From: an uncultured Syntrophobacteraceae bacterium
Lineage (GTDB): Bacteria > Desulfobacterota > Binatia > UBA9968
Assembly: GCA_964572145.1 (NCBI GenBank)
Contig: CAZNES010000004.1
Coordinates: 13,443-77,442 of the forward strand
Length of the DNA: 64,000 nucleotides
Reading direction: 5' to 3'
Numbering within the stretch: position 1 is the first letter of the stretch; every line of letters begins with the position of its first letter. Position numbers and translations under genes: made by a program. Shown here piece after piece: positions 45,814 to 56,325 of the stretch. The notes beneath the pieces were generated by a model that did not search any database, was not told where the DNA came from, and worked only from the letters and a program-made list of their open reading frames with translations.

Positions 45814-46587
45814 ATGGCCTCGGTCGAGAATAGTTATACGATGAGATTCAATGCAAAGTCGCTTTTGCTGAGCAACAGGGTGACAGAGATTGTTTATGAT
45901 CCGTTCTGCCTTTTTGAAGTGAACGACTATTTGCCTGTGGAAATGTATCAGGCTCTACTGGAGAGTTTTCCTCAAGCGCCGTGGTTTGTGGAACAAACCG
46001 AGGGCGACAAACGCCGGCTCAACTCTTCATACAGTCCAGAGGTTCTTAAAGATTTTTGTCGCGAGCATCCGCTCTGGGAACAATTCTTCCAATTTCTGGG
46101 CTCAGCGGCTTTCCTTCGCGACCTGAACGCCGTGGTGCGCCTTCCATTATACAAATCTCGCGGCCTTTCAGGCTTGAGGCGCTGGTCGCAGACGGCGAAT
46201 CACGGTTCCTTGACGGCGATTATAAAGACGCCGGTGACAATGCAATTCGAGTTTTCCAGGTTGGGGAGAGGAAGCTTTGTCCCGCCGCATACCGACGATC
46301 AAAAAAAACTCGTAAGCTTGCTGCTCTATTTTCCCGATCAAAAGTGGCAGGCGAATTACGGTGGAGCCACGGAGTTCTATCGCGCCAGGACCCTCGCCAA
46401 GGGAAATAATTGGAACAATCAAAGGGTCTCGTTCGAGGATTTGGTCCCGTTCGCCAGCGCGCCGTTTGTGGCGAATCGGCTCGTAGCCTTCGTCAAATCG
46501 AGTAATTCTTATCATGGCGTCCGACCGATCGCTTGTCCCGAAGGAATGGCGCGCGCTTCTCTAAATATTAACGTGAATCGCATTTAA
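45814..46587 (+). CDS. 2OG-Fe(II) oxygenase superfamily protein (PhyH-like)
   Basis: HxD...H facial triad candidates (PPHTDDQ ... SYHGV). Confidence 0.45.
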   Translation: MASVENSYTMRFNAKSLLLSNRVTEIVYDPFCLFEVNDYLPVEMYQALLESFPQAPWFVEQTEGDKRRLNSSYSPEVLKDFCREHPLWEQFFQFLGSAAFLRDLNAVVRLPLYKSRGLSGLRRWSQTANHGSLTAIIKTPVTMQFEFSRLGRGSFVPPHTDDQKKLVSLLLYFPDQKWQANYGGATEFYRARTLAKGNNWNNQRVSFEDLVPFASAPFVANRLVAFVKSSNSYHGVRPIACPEGMARASLNINVNRI

Positions 46588-46603
46588 CTGCGGCGGATCG
46601 GGT

Positions 46604-47731
46604 ATGATGGAAGGGGCGAGGAATGTCACGGCGGACCTTTTGGCAAAGGGATTGTTTAGTCGTTATTTGGAGTGTCCGATTTGCGGTTCTACCGACCGAA
46701 TTCATACGGATACTCCCTTCCAATCCAATGGATACATCGCCGCAGCGGCCCGAGGGCTCGGACTTTCGGAAAAAGACTTGGTTGATTCCATGGAGGGGCA
46801 GAAGTGTCTTGCCTGCGGGGCTCTTTATTTTGATCCGTGGTTAAGCGGTTCGTTCCAAAGGGAGTTGTACGAAGAGCTTTCGCCTCAACACAACATGGGC
46901 TGGGAGATCTTCTGGTCAATCATCAAAAATCCGTTAGAGCGTCCGCGCGACGCGGTTTTATGCGAAATGATCCGGGAAAAAATTCCCACTCTTAACACGT
47001 ATGCCGAGGTGGGCTGTCCTTTTATTGGGCTCATTCCGTATATCAGCCTTCGGGAATATCAGTACGGATCAAGGACCTTCATGGATTACCCGGGAACCTA
47101 CACCATCAAAAGTTTCATCGGAGCGCATCCGAGAGTCGGAGGAGTGCTTAATCTTGAGCGTCTGGGCAGCTACCTGGCGCGATTTTTCAATCGGCTTCAG
47201 CTCCTGAGAGCGTTTTCATTCAAGCGGCTCATCAAGCGAAGTCTTATCCGATTCGGGCAGGCACGAGAGATTCGGCGTCACGGGCCCGATTGCTACTACA
47301 TCCGGCACAGCTCGAACCTCCTGTGGGGCAAGAACTGTAAATCTCTGGGCGTGGATTGTCCGACAGCGCTTAAGAATGTTTTTGGTGCCCGGATCATTAG
47401 CTTCGAGGACCTACAAACAGAGAACGTCCGCTTCGACCTTGTAGGGATCTTCAATTCTCTGGACCACTATAAAAATCCGATCGGACTTCTGCATCAACTC
47501 TTCCAGTTTACAGATTATATCTACCTCGAAGGGCACTGCGCTGGAGCGGATTGGGGAAAACAGCACCTCTACTTCTTTGAAAAAGAAACCTTCACCGCCT
47601 TGCCTCGGCTCCTTCCATTAGGGGAGGCAATGGGCGATTTCGAAGGACGACCCTCTCAACATTGCTACAGTATTTTGCTCAGAAAAAAGAACGGCCACCA
47701 AGCCAAAGAGCAATTGGTGGCGAGTTTGTGA
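46604..47731 (+). CDS. Putative methyltransferase with N-terminal Cys4 zinc-ribbon
   Basis: CPICGS...CLACG zinc ribbon followed by a Rossmann-like region (YAEVGCPFIG). Confidence 0.35.
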   Translation: MMEGARNVTADLLAKGLFSRYLECPICGSTDRIHTDTPFQSNGYIAAAARGLGLSEKDLVDSMEGQKCLACGALYFDPWLSGSFQRELYEELSPQHNMGWEIFWSIIKNPLERPRDAVLCEMIREKIPTLNTYAEVGCPFIGLIPYISLREYQYGSRTFMDYPGTYTIKSFIGAHPRVGGVLNLERLGSYLARFFNRLQLLRAFSFKRLIKRSLIRFGQAREIRRHGPDCYYIRHSSNLLWGKNCKSLGVDCPTALKNVFGARIISFEDLQTENVRFDLVGIFNSLDHYKNPIGLLHQLFQFTDYIYLEGHCAGADWGKQHLYFFEKETFTALPRLLPLGEAMGDFEGRPSQHCYSILLRKKNGHQAKEQLVASL

Positions 47732-47868
47732 CTTCGGTCTTGTCGTTCAGAGTGAGCGGCGTAAATTCCGCACGGCTTTCTTTTTTCCACAAGTTGCCTG
47801 CAAGGTTTAATTAGCTAGAACGAAGAGGCCATTTGCCTTCGCGCCAGCGCAGTCAGGAAGGAAGTAAA

Positions 47869-48801
47869 ATGAACCCCAAACGGCTTGCCAAGAGTTTTGC
47901 TCATTGGACTATCCCGCCGGGGTTTCAAGACATATTACGGTCTTGCCTTGTAAGAAACGGAGGTATGCCCGCCACTGACCCCCAAGAGGACGCCGCTATC
48001 CTGGAAAAGCAAGCAATCCCGAACCGCGAAAAGCAAGCAATCCTGAACCGCAATATGAAGTTTCTGAATAAACATAGAGGTCGGCGATGCTTTGTGTTGG
48101 CGACGGGTCCCTCGATTTATAAGCAAGATCTGAGGCCTCTTCAGAACGAGTGGTGCATCGCTGTCAATGAGTTTTACAAGCACGAGCATTATAGCCTCAT
48201 TAAGCCCGCTTATTATACATTGCCGCCTACTTGGACAACCCGCCTAGACATGGGAAAAAGATTGAGAAGATTAGGAGAATTGAAGCAACTTTCTCAAGAC
48301 GAGATATTCTTTTTTGACGTGACCGACAAAAAGTGGGTGGAGAGTTCGAACTTTGCCGACAATCTGGAGCGGGTGCACTACCTCGACCTTAGAGATGATT
48401 TTACCCCCTCAAGTATAGACCTTACGGGATGCATGCCAGGCCCGCAGTCTACGGCATTAATTGCGACGTGGATTGCCATGTATATGGGGTTTTCTGAGGT
48501 ATATCTGCTCGGATGTGACTACGATGTTTTGTGGAAATGGGATGGGTCCTCACGCTACCTTCGAAAGGACCTTTACAAGCATTTCTACCAAGGTGCGCCT
48601 ACTGTAGGCTACGAGCCGATGGACCTTGATGGCGAACTTCGCGGGCACCTACGGCTGAGAGAACAGTATCGGTGGACTGATGATATTGCGGCGCGCCAGA
48701 ACACAAGGCTTGTTAACGCTAATCCACAGAGCTACCTGGATATCCTCCCCAGAGTGCCGTTAGAGTCAGTTCTTCTACCAGAATCCCCCGGCGTACGATG
48801 A
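47869..48801 (+). CDS. Cst-II/GT42-like (DUF115-related) CMP-ulosonic acid transferase candidate
   Basis: FVLATGPSI / CIAVNEFY / YLLGCDYD align with the AGNGPSL / CNQFY / YLSGIDFY motifs of Campylobacter Cst-II-type sialyltransferases; ATG at 47869 after AGGAAGGAAG. Confidence 0.55.
   Translation: MNPKRLAKSFAHWTIPPGFQDILRSCLVRNGGMPATDPQEDAAILEKQAIPNREKQAILNRNMKFLNKHRGRRCFVLATGPSIYKQDLRPLQNEWCIAVNEFYKHEHYSLIKPAYYTLPPTWTTRLDMGKRLRRLGELKQLSQDEIFFFDVTDKKWVESSNFADNLERVHYLDLRDDFTPSSIDLTGCMPGPQSTALIATWIAMYMGFSEVYLLGCDYDVLWKWDGSSRYLRKDLYKHFYQGAPTVGYEPMDLDGELRGHLRLREQYRWTDDIAARQNTRLVNANPQSYLDILPRVPLESVLLPESPGVR
48004..48051 (+). repeat. Perfect-but-one 24-nt in-frame tandem duplication (2 copies) inside the GT42-like gene
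   Basis: GAAAAGCAAGCAATCC(C/T)GAACCGC x2 encoding EKQAIPNR-EKQAILNR. Confidence 0.7.
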
Positions 48802-48931
48802 GAGCGTTGAGAGGGTCCTCTACTAACGCCCCTGCTCTTGCCTATCTCAGCGTCGAGAATCCGAAACCGCTGATGAGTACGGGATCCAACGACAACGTGG
48901 GCAGTTCCCAAAAACAATCGGAGGCCCCGTC

Positions 48932-49915
48932 GTGCTGAGCATTTTTGCGTTTCCCAAGCCGTTCCGGGGGCACATCGGCGTTATCCAACGCAATGCCATC
49001 GGCAGTTGGAAGCAACTGCGACCGCAATGCGAGATTTTTCTTTTCGGCGATGAAGAGGGGACCGCCGAAGTCGCCAAAGAACTTGGTGTAGTTCACGTTC
49101 CCGACATTGCCCGCAACGAGTTCGGCACCCCTCTGCTAAACCATGTCTTTAGTAAAGGCGAGCAGTTGGCGACCGAGCGGATTCACTGTTACGTCAACTG
49201 CGACATCATTCTCGGCGAAAGCTTCATTCCAGTTATCCAGCAAGTGGCCCGGTGGCGTCCTCGCTTTCTCGTGGTGGGCCGATGCTGGGACATGGACATC
49301 AAAGAACCCATCACGTTCCAGAAGACAACTTGGGAGAATGAGCTGGCCGCAATTCTGGCCCAACGCCCGAGCATGCGGGGCGAGTGGGCGATCGACTATT
49401 TTGTATTCCCCCGAGGTCTCTACGGGCAGATGCCGCCATTTGCGCTGGGAAGGGCCAAGTTCGATAACTGGCTGGTTTGGAAAGCCGGCGATCTCAAAGT
49501 GCCCGTAGTGGATGCCACACCGGTTCTAAGAGCTGTTCATCAAAACCACGATTATTCGCATGTCGCTGGGGGAAAAGATTACACGCTCTACGGCGAGGAA
49601 GCCATGCGGAACCAAGAGTATGCCGGCGGCGAAGCACACTGCTATGGGATTCATCATGCGACGCACAAGTTTCAAACCCGCGGCATCCAGCGCAACTGGC
49701 ACAGATATCGTTTGCAGTTTGACCGGCGTATGGAGCGGATGAAAGAGCATATGCATCCGATGATCCGGCGTATGCAACGGATGAAAGTCCGGCTGACGCC
49801 GACTTTCTGGCGGGTCATGGAGCGGACCCGACCGATCCGCCATGCTCTCGGCCTGCACGGCACGAACTGGAACAAGCTCAGGAACGTGCACAGGAAGAAA
49901 GAACGGATTCAGTGA
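48932..49915 (+). CDS. Hypothetical protein (possible GT-A-like transferase) with Arg/Met-rich repetitive C-terminal tail
   Basis: 327-aa ORF; the C-terminus RRMERMKEHMHPMIRRMQRMKVR is encoded by an imperfect ~30-nt tandem repeat. Confidence 0.35.
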   Translation: MLSIFAFPKPFRGHIGVIQRNAIGSWKQLRPQCEIFLFGDEEGTAEVAKELGVVHVPDIARNEFGTPLLNHVFSKGEQLATERIHCYVNCDIILGESFIPVIQQVARWRPRFLVVGRCWDMDIKEPITFQKTTWENELAAILAQRPSMRGEWAIDYFVFPRGLYGQMPPFALGRAKFDNWLVWKAGDLKVPVVDATPVLRAVHQNHDYSHVAGGKDYTLYGEEAMRNQEYAGGEAHCYGIHHATHKFQTRGIQRNWHRYRLQFDRRMERMKEHMHPMIRRMQRMKVRLTPTFWRVMERTRPIRHALGLHGTNWNKLRNVHRKKERIQ

Positions 49916-50023
49916 GAGACCTGAGCATGGCGTTGCCACTTCTCCACGCGCCTACATGTAGGTACAGCGAGCGCGGAATCGCCGCTCACTTCTAGTAATC
50001 GACAGAACAGGGTTTATCCAACT

Positions 50024-51646
50024 GTGCGTGTGCCCGTCGCATTTCTGATATTTAATCGGCCTGATCTCACCCGACGTGTGTTCGCAGAGATCGCCAAGGC
50101 TAAACCGCCGAAACTGTTGATCGTGGCCGACGGCCCGCGCCAAACCGTGCCCGGCGAAGTGGAAAAATGCGCCGCCGCGCGGGCCATCGTCGAGCAGATC
50201 GAGTGGGATTGCGAAGTGCTCAGGAATTACTCGGATGAAAATCTTGGATGCAAGCGTCGCGTGGCCACAGGGATCAGCTGGGCGTTCGAGCAAGTGGAGG
50301 AAGCGATCGTTCTCGAAGACGATACTCTCCCGCATCCGACGTTTTTTTCTTTCTGCGAGGAGTTGCTGGAAAAGTATCGCTGCGACGAAAGAGTGATGCA
50401 TATCTCCGGCGGGAACTATCAGCTTGGGCGGCGCTCCGGCGCGCACAGCTACTACTTTTCCAAGTACGATCATATATGGGGATGGGCATCGTGGCGCAGG
50501 GCATGGCAACACTACAACGTTGACATGAAACTCTGGCCGAGCCTGCGCGACACGGACTGGTTATCGGATGTTCTTGGCGACGAGGTCGCCGCAAGATGGT
50601 GGCGGGATTGGTTCGATCAGGTCTGGATGGGGCAGGTGGACACTTGGGACAGCCAGTGGGTCTTTACCATCTGGCAGCAGAGCGGCCTCTCCATCACTCC
50701 GAACGTGAACCTCGTATCCAATATCGGCTTCGGTAGCGATTCGACGCACACCCGGGAGGCCCATCCTTTGGCGACTCTGGCGATTGAGAAAATGATCTTC
50801 CCACTGGAACACCCGTCCCGCATGCTGCCCGACGCAAACGCCGACCGGTTCGCGTTCGAGTTGGCTTGTCGACCGGAAACGTCTCAAGAACACCGCGCCG
50901 TTTCAGCGCGGTCCGACGGAAACTCTCCAGGCTATTCTTCTAGGGCGATGTCAAAGCTGCTCAAACCTCTCTATCGCCGCGTGCTGCGGCCCGGCGTCGC
51001 GGACGCCGTGAGATTTGCTTCGGCGTCTCCGAGGATCGCAAAGATTCTGTTGCTCAACTTCCTCCATCGATCCGATTACAAAAGATGGGGCGATTCCCGC
51101 AATCTCGAAACTTGGTGGGTCGCGCGGACTGAAAAAATAGCCCAGCTCGTTCCCCATCACAGCCGCGTGATCGAGTTCGGAGCGGGCCGAAGACAACTGG
51201 AGAAATTGCTGGATGGAAGCTGTGATTATATACCTTCCGACCTGGTGGATCGCGGTCCCGGCACCATTATCTGCGATCTCAATAAGCGGCCGCTCCTCGA
51301 GTTGAAATATTTGGCGGCCGACGTGGCGGTTTTTGCCGGCGTCTTGGAATACATAGGCGATCTGAATTCGCTCGTCGAATGGCTTTCCGAACAGGTTTCT
51401 TCTTGCGTTGCGTCTTATGAGTGCGTTGCGCCTGCGCCGGGCGGTCTCGTTGCGCTTCGTCGGAAACTCAGGCGTCTTTACTACGGTTATATGAACAGTT
51501 ACACCGAGGAGGAGTTTGTCAGATTGTTTAGCCGGCGCGGCCTGATGTGCGCCGAAAAGGTAACCTGGGATAATCAAGAAATATTCCGATTCGTCAATCA
51601 GGCGACAGCGTCGGCGTCCCGCGCCGCCGCCGGTGAGTCTCGATGA
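50024..51646 (+). CDS. Bifunctional glycosyltransferase (GT-A-like N-domain) / SAM-dependent methyltransferase (C-domain) fusion
   Basis: N-terminus AFLIFNRPDLTRRVF...DDT GT2-like; C-terminal VIEFGAGRRQLEKLL methyltransferase motif I. Confidence 0.55.
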   Translation: MRVPVAFLIFNRPDLTRRVFAEIAKAKPPKLLIVADGPRQTVPGEVEKCAAARAIVEQIEWDCEVLRNYSDENLGCKRRVATGISWAFEQVEEAIVLEDDTLPHPTFFSFCEELLEKYRCDERVMHISGGNYQLGRRSGAHSYYFSKYDHIWGWASWRRAWQHYNVDMKLWPSLRDTDWLSDVLGDEVAARWWRDWFDQVWMGQVDTWDSQWVFTIWQQSGLSITPNVNLVSNIGFGSDSTHTREAHPLATLAIEKMIFPLEHPSRMLPDANADRFAFELACRPETSQEHRAVSARSDGNSPGYSSRAMSKLLKPLYRRVLRPGVADAVRFASASPRIAKILLLNFLHRSDYKRWGDSRNLETWWVARTEKIAQLVPHHSRVIEFGAGRRQLEKLLDGSCDYIPSDLVDRGPGTIICDLNKRPLLELKYLAADVAVFAGVLEYIGDLNSLVEWLSEQVSSCVASYECVAPAPGGLVALRRKLRRLYYGYMNSYTEEEFVRLFSRRGLMCAEKVTWDNQEIFRFVNQATASASRAAAGESR

Positions 51647-52776
51647 AGCTGGCCGTTCCCTTTGGCTTCTACGGCGCGGGCAATATCGGCGATGAATCCA
51701 CGCTCCAAGGGTTTGCGCGATTGGTTTCTCGTGATCACGATGGCATGCGGGTCTGGGTAGCCTCTCGTAACCCGTCGCACACGGCGCGAGTCGAGCCTTC
51801 CTTCAAATACTACAAATCTGTCGGTCGTGATCCGCGTAAATGGTGGGCGCAATATCGGTCGGATGCATACGTATTTGCCGGCGGCACACCGATCATGGAT
51901 ATTTTAGGGAGTTGGCCGCTGAGCGAAGTGGTACCGTTGATCTCTGCGGCTCACAGTCAAGGAAAACCCATAGCCTTCGTCGGTGTCGGCACGGAGAGGC
52001 TCCAAAGCGAATCATCGAGGCGCACGGTGTCGGAGGTTCTCGCGCCGAAAGTCGCTCGCTGGAGCGTGCGGTCCGAACGCGACAAGGAGCGGTTGACGGA
52101 TTATGGAGTGCGTCCGCAATCGGTCACCGTGGCCGCGGACATGGCCTGGTTGCTCGACCCGGTAACGATTGATTTCGGCAAGCAGCATCTCAAGCGGCTG
52201 GGACTCGGTGAAAACGAGCCCTATGTGGGCGTAAACGTCAATAATGAGTCCTTTATGCTGAAGCAGGAACCCCGGCTCTTTGAAAAGCTTGGTCGTTGTT
52301 TAGACGAGATGATCGTGCGTTACGGGGTCCGCGTTTTGTTTTTGTGTAACGAGGTGCGCGAAGACGACATGTTCGATATGGCGGCGAGCCTTAGAATTCG
52401 CGCGTCCATGAGGCACAAAGAGAGCAGCGTTTTAGTGCCGAATGAATACTTCACGCCGCAACAGATGCTGTCGCTCATCGCCTGCTGCCGCGCAACCGTA
52501 AGCACGCGCTATCACTTTTGCCTTTTCTCGGCACTACAAAAGGTGCCTTTCCTGGCGCTCAAGCGCTCCGACAAAGTCGCGGACCTATGTTGGGACCTGC
52601 AATGGCAATACGGGGCGTCCTTATCAGACATCAATGTTGCCGATCTGAGTGACGCCTTCTCGGAAATCGAAGGGAGAAGAGCGGAACTGGTCGTCCAACT
52701 CGGAAACCGCGTACAGTGTATGAGAGAAAGGGCCTTGAGGAATAATATAGCCCTCGAGGTTTTGACGTTGCAATAG
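51643..52776 (+). CDS. Polysaccharide pyruvyl transferase (CsaB/WcaK family)
   Basis: FGFYGAGNIGDEST N-terminal signature of the pyruvyl transferase family. Confidence 0.7.
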   Translation: MKLAVPFGFYGAGNIGDESTLQGFARLVSRDHDGMRVWVASRNPSHTARVEPSFKYYKSVGRDPRKWWAQYRSDAYVFAGGTPIMDILGSWPLSEVVPLISAAHSQGKPIAFVGVGTERLQSESSRRTVSEVLAPKVARWSVRSERDKERLTDYGVRPQSVTVAADMAWLLDPVTIDFGKQHLKRLGLGENEPYVGVNVNNESFMLKQEPRLFEKLGRCLDEMIVRYGVRVLFLCNEVREDDMFDMAASLRIRASMRHKESSVLVPNEYFTPQQMLSLIACCRATVSTRYHFCLFSALQKVPFLALKRSDKVADLCWDLQWQYGASLSDINVADLSDAFSEIEGRRAELVVQLGNRVQCMRERALRNNIALEVLTLQ

Positions 52777-52799
52777 ATGCGGTTGATAGGAGCGAGGGA

Positions 52800-54131
52800 G
52801 TGAGTTCAAGGCAATCGTTGAAAGTGGCCATTGACGCGTGCGGAATCGGCCTGAGAGGGGGCAGCGGGGGTGTCGGACAGGCACTTATTAGTTTGGTTCA
52901 TGACCTTGGCACCCTTAATGACGGCTCTGAAGCTTACACGGTTGTGGTTAGCTCGCAGGAACAAGCGGAGTGGGTTAAGCCCTATCTTGGACCGGGTGAC
53001 AGAATCGTGTTTAAACCGATGCCGCCGCCGGCACAAAAAGAAAATTTACCGAAACGTCTGCTCAAACGCATACGCAAGCACCTCGTGGTGGACATCCGGC
53101 AATGGCCTGAGGTGCCGATTTCAAATGGGTTTTACGAAAGCCTTGGATGTCATGTGGTTCACTTCCTGAATCAACTTGATTTCGTGCTGTGCGCGCTGCC
53201 GACGGTCTACAATCCCCATGATCTGCAACATCTGCATTATCCCCAGTTTTGGACGCCATCCGTCATCGCTCTGCGGGAGACAATCTACCCGGCTGCGTGT
53301 CACTTTGCGCAGACTGTGGTGGTGGGATCGCAATGGGTAAAAGACGATGTCATCCGACAGTATCGAATCAACTCGGAAAAAATACAAGTTATTCCCGAGG
53401 GTCCGCCGACACAGTCATGCCCCGAGCCTTCCGAGACCGATGTTGCTCGGGTGAAAGACAAGTATGGGCTTACACAGCCCTTTGCAATTTATCCCGCTGT
53501 GACATGGGAACATAAAAACCATCTCAGACTGCTCGAGGCGCTCGCCTTTCTCCGAGACAAACAAGATCTGATCGTTCCACTTGTCTGTACCGGTTCTCAG
53601 TATGCGTTCTGGCCCCACATTGAAAGGCGCGTTGGCGAGCTAAACCTCTGGCCACAAGTTAAATTTCTGGGCTTTGTCCCTGATGAAGATTTGCGATGTC
53701 TTTACCGGCTCTCTCAGTTTCTCATCCTGCCCACGCTCTTCGAAGCCAGCAGCTTGCCTATTTTTGAAGCTTGGCTGGATGGCGTGCCGGTTGCATGCTC
53801 CAACGTGACCGCGCTTCCGGATCAGGTCTTGGATGCGGCGCTGTTGTTCGACCCTACCGATATTACCTCCATTGCAAATGCGGTCGCCGAGATAACTGCA
53901 AACACGAAGCTGCGGCAGGAACTGGCTGCGCGAGGCTATCGGCGTCTCCAGGACTTCGATTGCAAACGAACCGCCAGGGCTTATCGGGCCGTATATCGCC
54001 GCGCCGCCGGTTTTCCTCTCATGGATGAAGACCGCTCGCTTCTGAGTTGGGACTGGATGCGAAGTCCGGAAAGTGCCACGCGAGATCCGTTTACCGACGC
54101 GCAGAGGCCTGCTTTACGTTACGCTAGGTAA
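52800..54131 (+). CDS. Glycosyltransferase family 1 (GT4, GT-B fold)
   Basis: C-terminal [19 protein letters not shown]-x7-E-type motif. Confidence 0.8.
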   Translation: MSSRQSLKVAIDACGIGLRGGSGGVGQALISLVHDLGTLNDGSEAYTVVVSSQEQAEWVKPYLGPGDRIVFKPMPPPAQKENLPKRLLKRIRKHLVVDIRQWPEVPISNGFYESLGCHVVHFLNQLDFVLCALPTVYNPHDLQHLHYPQFWTPSVIALRETIYPAACHFAQTVVVGSQWVKDDVIRQYRINSEKIQVIPEGPPTQSCPEPSETDVARVKDKYGLTQPFAIYPAVTWEHKNHLRLLEALAFLRDKQDLIVPLVCTGSQYAFWPHIERRVGELNLWPQVKFLGFVPDEDLRCLYRLSQFLILPTLFEASSLPIFEAWLDGVPVACSNVTALPDQVLDAALLFDPTDITSIANAVAEITANTKLRQELAARGYRRLQDFDCKRTARAYRAVYRRAAGFPLMDEDRSLLSWDWMRSPESATRDPFTDAQRPALRYAR

Positions 54132-54160
54132 GATTCTGTTGCGGGCCCAGAAGAGAGAAG

Positions 54161-55249
54161 ATGAAAAAAATCTTAGTCACGGGTTCATCGGGCTTGATTG
54201 GTTCCGAAGTGTGCGCTTACTTCGGGAACGAAGGTTGGGCTGTGCACGGCATTGATAACAATAGCCGCGCGGTCTTCTTTGGCGCCGAGGGAGACACGCG
54301 CTGGAACCAGCATCGTTTGCAGACCGAAACGTGCTTTACGCACCATGAACTGGACATTCGAGATCGCGGCGGGGTGCTCCGGTTGTTGGAGGATTTGCGG
54401 CCATGCGCGATCGTGCATACGGCGGCACAGCCGTCGCACGACCTGGCGGCGAAGATCCCGTTCGAGGATTTCGACACAAACGCAGTCGGGACGCTGAACC
54501 TTCTGGAAGCCGCGCGTCGCTGCTCTCCCGACGCTGTCTTCGTTCACATGTCAACCAACAAGGTTTACGGCGACGCGCCCAACGAGCTGCCGCTTACGGA
54601 ACTAGCCAAGCGTTGGGATTATAGCCGCCCCGAGGATTACAAGGGTATCAACGAAGAAATGCGGATCGACCGCAGCAAGCACTCGCTGTTTGGGGCTTCG
54701 AAGGTAGCGGCGGACATCATGGTGCAGGAGTACGGCCGCTACTTCGGCATGAAAAGTTGTTGTCTCCGCGGTGGGTGCCTCACGGGCCCAAACCATTCAG
54801 GCGTGGAACTGCACGGTTTCCTCAGCTACCTGGTGAAATGCAACTTAGAGGGCACAAAATATACGGTCTACGGCTATAAAGGAAAACAGGTTCGAGATAA
54901 CATCCACTCGTTAGATGTAGCGCGTTTCATCCACTCGTTCATCATGAACCCGCATTGCGGCGAGGTTTACAATCTCGGCGGTGGCCGGGCGAATAGTTGC
55001 TCGATCTTGGAAGCATTTGAACTCGCAGAAAGCGTATCGGGGAAAAAAATGGTCTACGACTATGTAGACCGAAGCCGTGAAGGGGACCACGTTTGCTATA
55101 TCAGCGATCTTTCCAAGATGGTCAGCCACTATCCTCACTGGGGCATTACCAAAAGCCTGAGCGACATTTTTGAGGAGATCTATCAGGCTTGGGTCTCTCG
55201 AAACGGCACTCAGTCGTTTCGGCAGTTGAATCCCTTAATTGATGAATAA
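54161..55249 (+). CDS. NAD-dependent sugar epimerase/dehydratase (CDP-paratose 2-epimerase-like SDR)
   Basis: [10 protein letters not shown] Rossmann motif, [20 protein letters not shown] (matches tyvelose/paratose epimerase GNGKQVRD). Confidence 0.8.
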   Translation: MKKILVTGSSGLIGSEVCAYFGNEGWAVHGIDNNSRAVFFGAEGDTRWNQHRLQTETCFTHHELDIRDRGGVLRLLEDLRPCAIVHTAAQPSHDLAAKIPFEDFDTNAVGTLNLLEAARRCSPDAVFVHMSTNKVYGDAPNELPLTELAKRWDYSRPEDYKGINEEMRIDRSKHSLFGASKVAADIMVQEYGRYFGMKSCCLRGGCLTGPNHSGVELHGFLSYLVKCNLEGTKYTVYGYKGKQVRDNIHSLDVARFIHSFIMNPHCGEVYNLGGGRANSCSILEAFELAESVSGKKMVYDYVDRSREGDHVCYISDLSKMVSHYPHWGITKSLSDIFEEIYQAWVSRNGTQSFRQLNPLIDE

Positions 55250-56201
55250 TTTTTCAGTTTGGCCCTGGGTAGAGCCGGCCCATGACTTCGCCGGCGCCCG
55301 GCCTCCGGATAAAGCCTGGCCGAAAATCAGCATTGTAACGCCAAACTTTAATTATGGACACCTCATCGAGGCTACCATCAGATCCGTTTTGATGCAAAAT
55401 TATCCTAATCTTGAGTACATCGTTATCGACGACGGCAGCACGGATAACAGCGTCGAGCTCATCAAGAAGTACGAGCCGAAACTCGGCTATTTCGAACGCC
55501 ATGAGAATCAAGGCCAGTACTCGACGATTAACAAAGGTTTCTCAAAGGCGACCGGGGAAATTTTTGGTTGGCTCAATAGTGACGACACGTATTTCCCCTG
55601 GACGCTTCACATTGTTGGGAAAGTCTTCGCTGAATTTCCAGAAGTCGATTGGATTATCGGCAATCCATCTACGATTCAAGACGGGGTTGTTCACTATCTT
55701 CACCCCCTGAAGCCATTCCCGCGCGCGATGATCCGAGCCGGGTTGTTTCATGAGGGTGAGGGGGGCTTCGGCTATATCCAACAGGAGAGTTGCTTCTGGC
55801 GGCGGACTTTGTGGGATAAGGCAGGTGGTCTAAGAGTTGGGTTGCGATACGTAGCTGACTATGAACTGTGGACCAGGTTCGCTAAATTCGCGGAGCTTTA
55901 TTCGGTCTCTACTCTTCTAGGCGGATTCACTGATCGTGGCAGTGGGAACAGGAGCGTAGCCAATAAGAACGAATATGTCGCCGAAGTGAAGAAAGTGATT
56001 GCGGAAATTAGGGCAGACGGAAGCTCTCCTGAGGCAAAACTAGCTCGAAGGCTCGCGATGGTCCTTACCTTGGCCAAAGGGAGTTTATATATGACATCCA
56101 TTGTCAAAAGAATGCCTTTGTTGAGGAAGCTGCAGGGCCCGGTTTTGCATTGGGACTTTCGGGATCCTATTTATGGATTGACCCAGCGTAGTTTCTTTTG
56201 A
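55239..56201 (+). CDS. Glycosyltransferase family 2
   Basis: [42 protein letters not shown] ... DDT GT-A motifs. Confidence 0.8.
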   Translation: MMNNFSVWPWVEPAHDFAGARPPDKAWPKISIVTPNFNYGHLIEATIRSVLMQNYPNLEYIVIDDGSTDNSVELIKKYEPKLGYFERHENQGQYSTINKGFSKATGEIFGWLNSDDTYFPWTLHIVGKVFAEFPEVDWIIGNPSTIQDGVVHYLHPLKPFPRAMIRAGLFHEGEGGFGYIQQESCFWRRTLWDKAGGLRVGLRYVADYELWTRFAKFAELYSVSTLLGGFTDRGSGNRSVANKNEYVAEVKKVIAEIRADGSSPEAKLARRLAMVLTLAKGSLYMTSIVKRMPLLRKLQGPVLHWDFRDPIYGLTQRSFF

Positions 56202-56325
56202 GATGAGGCCAGTAGCGATATTTAAGTTCGCTCTTGAGGTTCGCTTCGCACCAAAGAGGCTTGTGTCTCCTACGCTCGGATTGAGTGCAAAAGTTCCAAT
56301 GAAGACTGGAGGGTCATAATAATAA

